Virus record (IMG/VR): IMGVR_UViG_3300035126_000842
Location: 58,314 to 122,313 of that record
Length of the DNA: 64,000 nucleotides
Reading direction: 5' to 3' (one strand)
Origin: a virus
In this document: piece after piece, positions 10,101 through 17,280 of the stretch
How the letters are laid out: each line of letters opens with the position of its first letter
Position numbering within the stretch: the first letter of the stretch is position 1
Made by a program: the position numbers and the translations under genes
Notes under the pieces: model-generated
What the model was told of the DNA's origin: nothing
Seen by the model: the letters and a program-made list of their open reading frames with translations, nothing else
Databases searched by the model: none

Positions 10101-11914
10101 ACATGTTCAAATATAGATAATCTTTGCGCGTCTTTTGATAATTTAACATTACCTGTTTGACTAGCAGCATTCATTGTTTTGTTAGCAGCACTTTGTTGAG
10201 CAGCATTTACAGCATTAGGATTAAGTATGTCTGCATAACCTCTACCTAAATCTAAAAAGTTTTTATCAAGAAAATTAGCAGATTCTTCAAATCCTAATTT
10301 TAGTTTTTCTTTTTCCTCTTGATATGCTTTAAATTTTTCAGGATCGTAAATTCTTTGACCTGCTGTTAATCCTAAGTTTGCTAGCTTACCCATTCCCCCC
10401 ATTAAACCGCCCGTTAAGAAACCACTAAAGAAAGTTTCTAAACCTTGTGCTGTAAATTGTTCTCCTAACCCTAGTGCGACAGATTCTTTAAGCAGCATGT
10501 GCTGGTCTATCATAGGATTTTCAAATAGCTTGGTGTAATAATTTATAACACCGGCACTGGTAGCTTCCTGTAAATTTTCTTGAATTGCTTCTGCAAAGTT
10601 GTACCTGGTATAATTAAGAAATGATTTTCCTATTTCAGTAGGTCTAAGACCTGCTGATACTTTTTGCAAAGGAGTACTAAGATATTTATAACCTTGTCCT
10701 TTTATTTTAGAAATACTACCAAACTGATTAACTTCATCTAATGCACTTAATAAACCTGTACCTTTAGGTAATTGTTTTATGATATTATCTAATCCTACTT
10801 TATTAGAAAAGAAAATAAGAGGTAGATTTATCATCGTAGTAGCAAAAGCTGCATTTTCAGCAGCTGCTCTAATACCTGCAATTTTTTCTTCTGTAGGGTA
10901 TTGTCCTGTAGCATCATACTCTTTTCTTATTCCGTCTTCAACCATTTGATTGATAACAAGACCTCCTTCCATTTGAGCTTCATTAAGAACTCTAGCAGCT
11001 GCTCTTACATCCGCGTAAAAAGCACCAAAAGAAGTAGCTGTTTTACCAAGAGCATTTAATCCTTTAAAAGTTTCAGGATAATTTTTTAGTAAAGTTGCAG
11101 TATTTGAAAGAGGGTTAAAAAAATTAGCTACCGGACCATCTAAAGCTTTACCTATTTTACTAAAATCATATATGCTTTTAACTTCATCAGCATTTCTTGC
11201 TAATTTAAAAATAGTCTCGTTTGCATTAAATACTTTGTTTATATTTCTAACAAACTTACCAACATTAAGAGCTGTACCTGTAGCTAATAAACCAGCGCCA
11301 GGAGCAAGACCTATTCCTGAACTACTTAATAATCCAGCAGTTGCTGCAATAACAGCTTCTTCTATAATAGCACTACCTGCAATACCAAGAGTAATACCTG
11401 TATTAAGTAAAAAGTTATTAGTAAATGCACCAAACCCACCACTAGTGTCATATCCTAATTTCATCATTCTGGATATAGAACCAGCTGATTCTTCGTCATA
11501 GTTTAAAGGATCAAATAAATCTAAAGTAGAAATGAAAGGTTTATTAGAAGCAAACGATTCCATTGCTATATGACCCATTGCTTTAGCAGATCTCCCTAAA
11601 TTTGACATCCAAGAACTATTCTCATTATATAGTCTATCGTTATCTCTCCAAGGTGAATAACCTAATCTGCTAAAATTAGGGTGCATATAGTACCTTTCAA
11701 ATGTAAGATTCATTTGAGAATCACCATATACTGAAGGAACACCTCCTGATGTAGAAACCAAAGACGGTGTAGTCTTAATGTTTTCTTTTAACATCTGAGC
11801 TGCAACATCTCCATTAAAAGTAGTATTCTGTGGAGCGCCCGTTACATTACCAAATTGATAAGCGCTATATATAGCAGAATCTATATCTTTTTGTAAATCG
11901 CTAAAATTATCCAT
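4109..11914 (-). CDS. 2601 aa polyvalent virion cargo protein with embedded PD-(D/E)xK nuclease and P-loop domains
   Basis: Gly/Ala-rich hydrophobic N-terminal part and long coiled coils. AGTPD..IDLKT..QLNSY nuclease motifs at about 7900-8610; Walker A GTPGIGKT at 5237-5260. Confidence 0.75.
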   Translation of the reverse strand: MDNFSDLQKDIDSAIYSAYQFGNVTGAPQNTTFNGDVAAQMLKENIKTTPSLVSTSGGVPSVYGDSQMNLTFERYYMHPNFSRLGYSPWRDNDRLYNENSSWMSNLGRSAKAMGHIAMESFASNKPFISTLDLFDPLNYDEESAGSISRMMKLGYDTSGGFGAFTNNFLLNTGITLGIAGSAIIEEAVIAATAGLLSSSGIGLAPGAGLLATGTALNVGKFVRNINKVFNANETIFKLARNADEVKSIYDFSKIGKALDGPVANFFNPLSNTATLLKNYPETFKGLNALGKTATSFGAFYADVRAAARVLNEAQMEGGLVINQMVEDGIRKEYDATGQYPTEEKIAGIRAAAENAAFATTMINLPLIFFSNKVGLDNIIKQLPKGTGLLSALDEVNQFGSISKIKGQGYKYLSTPLQKVSAGLRPTEIGKSFLNYTRYNFAEAIQENLQEATSAGVINYYTKLFENPMIDQHMLLKESVALGLGEQFTAQGLETFFSGFLTGGLMGGMGKLANLGLTAGQRIYDPEKFKAYQEEKEKLKLGFEESANFLDKNFLDLGRGYADILNPNAVNAAQQSAANKTMNAASQTGNVKLSKDAQRLSIFEHVSNAIKGGFYNNLVDDYRSQLELDDKSLAEAFGKDITEVPQLRSDIAKAISGAESIKKLHDKYNFVNPVSLKGVDKKDPMYAKLLAKKNAIETVRKMLIMAEDTIMDGTARKSKMLESMMTMLPEFGEIDSDDVLVLVDSFRLNGYKIDQLIQEIELAKSTQSSPTTTPEDREKAKVKENYLKQKIAALQELAKKFDSFRTKIKSNTEFTDEERQNLLNDYKLYIDLLNKNPERKSSVVKTENINESLNYILDYISLESENELLTSIISVLQDPQGFATTVNDTTDYLEKILNDASFVANMVNRGVSLLEHNALYNFMFSTYGVFINEYEDGSVDFIKPSADVTDSVIPVDRLSDEYDELLNAFYDKKVALSKVDKETEKLKEKKKKAAEQLSKDKKDFERIKDKIRKSNSGLSDEAVEALAKSIFNSPLRFSFVSAIDKFDKLAQNIENAASTPTTKEEIEEALELLNNAKFKIVKDPDTKRSYYVQVDEEGNPIDGTLEWIRVTSLYRTKEFATEKFSHRGNIIDGLLRTLIGDKTISKEKFKEAYSQLQKENPEAFEFTDANLDTLRSVLENFISNIEAQGYTLRADIPTLWGKIDGQFVAGTPDILAINDKGEALLIDLKTSSSDRRKAYAMEAALKKIAGDKYDLVKEKIIENQNKIVSKDKNLRDDPEVGEIITNFLSIEENGIKPYFDVKSIFFYRDSDENQLNSYADLLEQRTGIKVTGLFILPLTIQDSNKTKAYTKIEASVDSSSGTKRLALKVGRKQPPIPKAEEEIKSEEGLAEEEKKKEEVSEEEVKKPVDASLLSLEERIELINNTIGILEKRKERGEQSITNVENTLEYLNELLDETSELGFEEVKKILNTIKTLEEAISSNSARKSKRGQNITLSIEEYKKQFRTEKQLFNDIANRIKYLKEDLEQLKKIDKDLSDQINYYRNMIANKNFETLSFEEIEEKIETINKKKSVLEKIIASLVKAIKQSVFYLKEYVRITTKAINDLEIFKKNTNFKRLNTEELRKLIDAEDSSATTEYDKLRKQADELEKAIENNLDSIEIVEGAKQKEKERLDDLYNVVQKYNNQIRYLNNLLAVLYPDLYKIKLEKAAPSKPTREQRAPETKKAPTPTAKPSAQKTEARLEDAKKEKEETQKRTAKPKKEKPAPVSDIEAKRKKFGLQNVKGLFEPAQGAAYFRVILKGDNFDILAFFEKGQWSIFPKQSNGEFQASDPKTGNALVLSPEKRKEVVEKYAPKELIDLLEAADKVKGLDQQDKFMEGDIKNYLDLYKKENLEYKLDQAKQSLQIYESPNYPNKDAQERIVKDQKETIAKLERELAALKETPTGTNVDAKIDDIEKTRQEELKENQRQYDVSKRTNLKGIETFKQKLIDNPNGLEALDGTYQFNIDDRQKSLDKLEKELPINIDRINAISDAKYVDAVNKGEMTKEQAMQALEKVGRKDSDAYKQLAALKEPVATETATQTNTSSIGNVSSIKLDTTYPIYKDNKQVGSVTVTSVNGIPVFVFNNTKGSVSKPSEITTLSNNFFNANPGLFEYWYNTLLNEDNRQAVSLYKTATSPEQKEMFVARFGISKSVFDKNKNLLDNIIKPTEDFLEFFVGKLIYGTPGIGKTRLVQEYNSRPESERKYTLIDVDDLLLNRLAEINKTKNFAGDLEFTNENIFAIINAFNKKVGYENLDSLVYNPVLNQINQGKNEKNTNKIYVTGSKRFIKDADIAVLSEQRSDILRNRILTGETDVAKYIAAENEFDKKVIVLTEGQTFSDVLLKGADVVEAEAAFYRLKMNLFNRIIFDESLLTNLITELSGVNVSSLNSNEIIELFSKILTKESPFYSEFSSLRDNLDTKATELFNYFESFYNSERTTVSDKNQFLRKVINTLANVSLGTVSITDLNNPLTNFIVLEKIVGDNLNYFVFSAIGAEPQLKSQSISSFVDSVSKNKNKILSFKQESAGEGEKIDTPSGSGKDMDNLPEVDAKAIFNKPCTPNNPKS

Positions 11915-14799
11915 TATTTAATTCTTAGTAAATTATACAATTCTGTTTTTGAAACAAAGTCTGTTTGTAAATTTTGATTCTCGTTTGCTACTTTATTATT
12001 TTTAGTAGCTATTCCTGTAGAAATACTTTTAACACCCTGTAATATATATTCTTCAGGATCACTACTTCCTATTGGTATGTAACTGTTACCTTTAAAAACT
12101 CCATTAAAGTTTAGATAACTATAGATCTGACCATCTTCTGCTCTAAAAAGATTTAATTCATAGCTATCTCCCGAAATAGGATCTTCAACAGTTTGAGTTA
12201 TTTTTCCCCCTCCTTTGAGTACAGTATTTGCTGCATTAAAATTAGAAGTAGCATTTACAAAACTACTCCTATCTGAATTTTTATCTACTTCTACAATAAT
12301 TTGAGAAACTTCTTTTACGTTTTTACCTGTCGTTTTTGCTATTGCTTCTGCTGTAGTAGGAGCAATATTTATTTTATAAAGTACTTTAGAATCATCATAT
12401 TCTTTTTTGTATGTAAGATTTTCGCTTCTTTCAATACTATTGATTTGCAGTACATTACTTTTTTGAGGATTTGAAAAACCTGCTTTTAATTGAGCTATAA
12501 CATCGGCACCAACTTCAAGTTCTTCATATTTATTTCCATCGGGATAATAAAACTTTATTTTACTTCCGGGTTCATTAGTAGCTACATTATATAAACTTTC
12601 GAGCATAGAAAGAGTAGTTTTTTTCTCAGGTGTCGTATCCGTACTACTAACTGTTGTAGGAATACCTATAGCAGGGTAAGATATTACAGGATTGCCTAAT
12701 TGATCTAATTTCAAATCAGCACCTATTATTTTAGGTTTAGTCGTTGAAGAATTATATGCTTTTGATTTAGCTCTAGTTAAAATATCTTGTAGTTCTAATA
12801 AAGTACCTAACTTTTTATTGAACATTTTTGTAGAACTAATTTTTTCAAAAAGAGGTGTTAATACTAAACCTAACGGATTTGTCATTTCTGCACTACTAGA
12901 AGTAGAGGGTGTTTCTTTTATTATTAACTCCTTTAAAGCATCTTCATTAATACCTTTGCTTCCGTCTTCTGATGAAAATAATTTTTTTATTTCTGCTTGA
13001 CTAAAGATATTACTGGACGCTATAGTTTGCATTAATTCAGTAAATTCTGGATTCGTCATCAATCTTGCATAAACTAAAATTCTATTATTATTAAAAGCAC
13101 TTATTGCTTCTTTAGAAGCAGTTTCATTTAAATCTATTGAAGTTTTTAATGCTGTTAATTGTCCTTGAATATTAGGAACTGTTGTAGAAGCTGTTTTAGC
13201 CATAGCATCACTTACACTTCTGTACAACATAGTTAATGTAGAAACTTTACCTTTAGGTCCATCTTGCAATGTTTTAGGATCTAAATTTTGTAACTCTTCC
13301 ATGTTATATACAGCACCATCTTGTTTTTTAAACAACTTAGCCCTATCTGCAGGACTTAAATTTTGATATAGTGTTATAAGATATTCTTTTTGTCCTTTTT
13401 GAGCTTGAGTAGCATAAGCGAGCGCTTGATCTCTATTATGTTTTTCTATTTCATCTATAGGTCTTGTAGCACTTTCACCTTGATTCATAAGTTGTACTCC
13501 TCCTTCAGGAGTAACACCAGGTATATTTGCAGCATTTTCAAGGTTAAATTTAAACTGCTCTTTAGCCATATCCATGCGAGCTCTAAGTATGATATTATCT
13601 TTATCATTTTGATCTCTCATTTTTTCTATAGCAACATCATAATTAAACTTTTGCTCATTTACTGCAAAAGGGTTAGCGTCTATATCAACTTCTTTTTTAA
13701 GTGCACTATAAGATTTAGCAAAAGACCTTATTTGATTGCTTAATAAAAGTGAAGATACTTGGTTATCAATTTGAGCAGCGTTTGCATTTTCTTTAAATGA
13801 TTCAAATTCTTGTTGTCTTTCTAAAATACTTTCTTTATTAGATTCAAGCATTTCAATTATTTGACTAAATTGTTCAATTCGTTGCATTGTTCTACTGCCT
13901 TTTGGTACTTTACCACCAGACGCATCAACAAGTTGTTTAGCTTGAAACTGTATTTTTTCTATAGAAGTATTAATGTTTTTTAAATCTTCAGCGGTTGATT
14001 TATCTATACTTGTTAAAATTTCTTCATTATATTTTATATCAGCTTCTGCTCTAGGTAGTCCTGAACTTCTTATAAATCTTTCTCTTTGAACAGAAGCTTT
14101 ATTTCTCATGTACTCTTGCACTTGAGGATCTGAAGCAATAGCATTATGTAAAATACTATTAAGATGTGCTTGTACTTCATCTCCCATTTTAGTTTTTACA
14201 ATCCATTGTCCTTGAACTTCAGTAACTTTAGCACTAGGTTCTATTTCTTTTATAAGATCAGTAAGTCTTTTAGGTATTTTAGGATCATATACGTATCTTA
14301 TAGGATTAGCTTTAAGCGCTTCTTCAGGAGTCATGTTCTTAAAATTTTCTAACCAATAATTTATAGCTTCTTCACTCTCTGGGTTGTAACCATCATTACA
14401 TTTTTTAGGATCAGCACACTCTCTTGCGTCATATCCTTTTTGTAATTCTGCAGCTGCAATTTTAGTTGCAGCTACATCTTTTAAAAAAAGTTGGTTATTA
14501 ATAAGCGGGTCAAATATTCTTTCTGCTACTGAAACATTTTGAGGTTTGCTAAGATCTACAGTAGAAATCTGCTTTATTGCTTTATCAGCAGCTTTCATAA
14601 AAGCTTTTCTAGTTTCTTTAGTATCATCTCTAGAAAGCTTTGCGTTTAATAAACTATCTTGTATGCTTTTTATTTTAGCATAATTAGCATCGTACTGTGA
14701 TTGTTTAATTTTAAGAGTCTGTTGAATTAACCCTAAATCTGGTATATCGTTCTGAAACTGAGGTATATAATCAGTTACGCCAGGAATAAAAGTAGCCAT
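11914..14799 (-). CDS. 961 aa putative virion cargo/ejection protein
   Basis: Long helical ORF starting MATFIPGVTDYIPQ, directly upstream of the giant proteins; synteny with crAss-like cargo genes. Confidence 0.6.
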   Translation of the reverse strand: MATFIPGVTDYIPQFQNDIPDLGLIQQTLKIKQSQYDANYAKIKSIQDSLLNAKLSRDDTKETRKAFMKAADKAIKQISTVDLSKPQNVSVAERIFDPLINNQLFLKDVAATKIAAAELQKGYDARECADPKKCNDGYNPESEEAINYWLENFKNMTPEEALKANPIRYVYDPKIPKRLTDLIKEIEPSAKVTEVQGQWIVKTKMGDEVQAHLNSILHNAIASDPQVQEYMRNKASVQRERFIRSSGLPRAEADIKYNEEILTSIDKSTAEDLKNINTSIEKIQFQAKQLVDASGGKVPKGSRTMQRIEQFSQIIEMLESNKESILERQQEFESFKENANAAQIDNQVSSLLLSNQIRSFAKSYSALKKEVDIDANPFAVNEQKFNYDVAIEKMRDQNDKDNIILRARMDMAKEQFKFNLENAANIPGVTPEGGVQLMNQGESATRPIDEIEKHNRDQALAYATQAQKGQKEYLITLYQNLSPADRAKLFKKQDGAVYNMEELQNLDPKTLQDGPKGKVSTLTMLYRSVSDAMAKTASTTVPNIQGQLTALKTSIDLNETASKEAISAFNNNRILVYARLMTNPEFTELMQTIASSNIFSQAEIKKLFSSEDGSKGINEDALKELIIKETPSTSSSAEMTNPLGLVLTPLFEKISSTKMFNKKLGTLLELQDILTRAKSKAYNSSTTKPKIIGADLKLDQLGNPVISYPAIGIPTTVSSTDTTPEKKTTLSMLESLYNVATNEPGSKIKFYYPDGNKYEELEVGADVIAQLKAGFSNPQKSNVLQINSIERSENLTYKKEYDDSKVLYKINIAPTTAEAIAKTTGKNVKEVSQIIVEVDKNSDRSSFVNATSNFNAANTVLKGGGKITQTVEDPISGDSYELNLFRAEDGQIYSYLNFNGVFKGNSYIPIGSSDPEEYILQGVKSISTGIATKNNKVANENQNLQTDFVSKTELYNLLRIK

Positions 14800-14869
14800 A
14801 TTAGTATGAATATTTCACACTAATATAGCTATTTTAACATTACAAGTTTAATAAATTTTTAAAATTTAT

Positions 14870-17260
14870 CTATTGTCTACTACCAGGTAAACCTGCTTGT
14901 TGTCTCCAACCAGCACCTCCTCGTCTAGGTACATAACCAAGTTGATTACGACTTGCTATACGTGATTCAATATCACGTATGCTTAATTCTTTTTCATACC
15001 TCTCTAATTCATCAGGACTCATGTTTGCAGTGTTTTTTCTTGTAAAACCTGTTTCTGTTGAAGCTTCTTCATTACCAGGTTGTCCTGTAAACCGAATATT
15101 ATTTGCTCTAGTACTAAACATAAAACTTGGATCTTGAGCGTTTAACAAGTTTACATTACCCTGATTAGTATAAGCTTGAGAAAGTTTATTAGTAAATACA
15201 TTTCTCTTTTGAGCTCTAGTATTAGCTTTTTGTTGTAGGTAAGTAGCTAAATCTACATCATATTGTCTATCAGCCATTTGACGCATTCTGTCATAGTTAC
15301 CTAACATTTGAGCATTAAACCCTTGTGTTTGATTTAAAGTACCTATGTTTCTTTGATTAACACCACTTATTATATTAGCGGTATCACCTGCTGCTAAACC
15401 TTGCATGTAAGATGCTGCAGATGAAGGGTTTCTACCAAATGCTTTTATAGCGTCTGTAGCTCTAGCAGCACCTTCTTGTCTATTAGCAATAGCGCGAGTA
15501 GGGTCTTCTAATACAGGATTAATAGTTCTAGGACCAGCAACTCTTTGATATGTAGGACCTACATCTGTATTATCAAATAAAGAAAAGGCAGAACCATATA
15601 AGTCTACCACATCTGATTTAAAGAAAGGTTGACTAGGATATTGAGAGTAATCGTAGGTTTGCTTTTCTTGCTCTTTTCCAGCAACTGTCGTTGGTACATA
15701 CTCACCTTTAGCATCACCACCACCTTCTCCTCCTGGAAATACTCTTTCTTTTTGTATATTTACACAATTCCCATTTATTTCCATGTGACCTGGAGGACAA
15801 TTAGAAGAAGCAGGAGTTGCATTTGGTGTAGGAGTAGATTGAGGGGCAGGTTGTGCTGTTTTAAGAACTTCTGTTTTTCTTATAGTAGGCATTTTACCGT
15901 ATTTATGTAAATCTTTAGCTGCGGCTTCCATTGCTACTGGATCATTTGCAATACCTGCTTCTTTAGCTAATCTATGAAAAGTACTAAATTTTCCTTGATT
16001 TTGTAGAATATCAGCTGGTGTAAAATTAGTTTTTTGGTCAGTAGGTACTTTATAACCAGGAGTATCTTTGTATGCATAATTAGAATCTTCAGCATAGGGA
16101 TTATAACCTTCTGAAAATTTATCTACAGGTCTTGCATCTACAGGTGGTTTAAAAGGTTTTCCTACTTGAGCTTTATGTAAATATCCACCAATTTTCTTTT
16201 TATTTAATGAATCTAAACCTGTTAATTTATTTATAGCATCAAAATAATATTGATTAGTATTTTGATTTGAACCTTGAAAGTTTAATACTGGTTTTTTATC
16301 AGGCATGTTTTGACCTGTATTATAATAAAAAGATTCAGTAAGAGGATTACCTCCTCTATCAATATTTTTCATATATACATATGAGGTATCATTAGGTAAA
16401 CCATTATTATATGTGTTTATAATTCTAGCACCTTGTTCAAAAAAAGCTCCGTCATTGTCTACCGTAGGAAAAGAATTGCGTAGTTCAGTGTTTGACCCGT
16501 GATGTATATAGCTATTATCTGCTATTGGTGATGTATATATAGGTTGTTCAGTACTAGTTTTTTTAGCAGTTTTTATTTGCTTTCCTGTTTGTGCTTTAGA
16601 AAGGTACCCACCATACCTGTACTGTTCTTCATTTATATCATCTTGGTCTGTTGCAAGCTGACTAGTATTTATACCCTTCTTCTCTAAGTAGGGAAAAGCA
16701 AATTTAGGTACATTACCACCCTTTAAATAAACTTCTTGAATAATAGCTAGTTTAGATAGTTTATCACGGTTATTATTAATCATTAATTCTGCTGTCTCTT
16801 TTTCAAGAGTGTCAGTATCCTTATCTAAAAGTTTAGCATTGTAATCGTTTAGCTGGTATCTTTTTGAAAGAGCAGCAGGTGTATAAGAACCTTTAGATTT
16901 ACCAAAGATTTTTAACAAATCTGGATTATTAATTCTCATTTTCTTTGTGTCTGAGAAAATAAAAGACTCAGGTAAATTTAAAGGTACACCCGGACCATCT
17001 GCGTGACGAGGACCTTGTATATTATAGAATTCATCAAGACCGTCTTTTTGGAAATCACCAACTACAGTTTCTCCACCTTCTGCTTCTACATTAGCTTCTT
17101 CTCTAGGTACCGAAGTAAGAGTTTTTCTTACAGGAGAAGAAGTCTTATCTGATAGCAAACTAGCAGTATAACCATTTTTATTTTTGGTACTCCACCCTTC
17201 TGATATGGGTCTACCATAACCAGCTTCAGGAAGTTTAGTAATTTTTACACGTCTCATCAT
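14870..17260 (-). CDS. 796 aa putative virion cargo protein with GG-Y-L-x-K-A-Q motifs
   Basis: N-terminal VEAEGGETV..GPRH..G.GV segment of a type I recognise from crAss-like cargo proteins; two GGYLxKAQxG motifs; Q/A/N-rich helical C-terminus. Confidence 0.55.
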   Translation of the reverse strand: MMRRVKITKLPEAGYGRPISEGWSTKNKNGYTASLLSDKTSSPVRKTLTSVPREEANVEAEGGETVVGDFQKDGLDEFYNIQGPRHADGPGVPLNLPESFIFSDTKKMRINNPDLLKIFGKSKGSYTPAALSKRYQLNDYNAKLLDKDTDTLEKETAELMINNNRDKLSKLAIIQEVYLKGGNVPKFAFPYLEKKGINTSQLATDQDDINEEQYRYGGYLSKAQTGKQIKTAKKTSTEQPIYTSPIADNSYIHHGSNTELRNSFPTVDNDGAFFEQGARIINTYNNGLPNDTSYVYMKNIDRGGNPLTESFYYNTGQNMPDKKPVLNFQGSNQNTNQYYFDAINKLTGLDSLNKKKIGGYLHKAQVGKPFKPPVDARPVDKFSEGYNPYAEDSNYAYKDTPGYKVPTDQKTNFTPADILQNQGKFSTFHRLAKEAGIANDPVAMEAAAKDLHKYGKMPTIRKTEVLKTAQPAPQSTPTPNATPASSNCPPGHMEINGNCVNIQKERVFPGGEGGGDAKGEYVPTTVAGKEQEKQTYDYSQYPSQPFFKSDVVDLYGSAFSLFDNTDVGPTYQRVAGPRTINPVLEDPTRAIANRQEGAARATDAIKAFGRNPSSAASYMQGLAAGDTANIISGVNQRNIGTLNQTQGFNAQMLGNYDRMRQMADRQYDVDLATYLQQKANTRAQKRNVFTNKLSQAYTNQGNVNLLNAQDPSFMFSTRANNIRFTGQPGNEEASTETGFTRKNTANMSPDELERYEKELSIRDIESRIASRNQLGYVPRRGGAGWRQQAGLPGSRQ

Positions 17261-17272
17261 AATCTAAAAATA

Positions 17273-17280
17273 CAAAATTA
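17273..17280 (-). promoter_or_regulatory. Bacteroidota-type -7 promoter box (TAATTTTG)
   Basis: Matches TAnnTTTG; about 13 nt upstream of the 796 aa start. Confidence 0.45.
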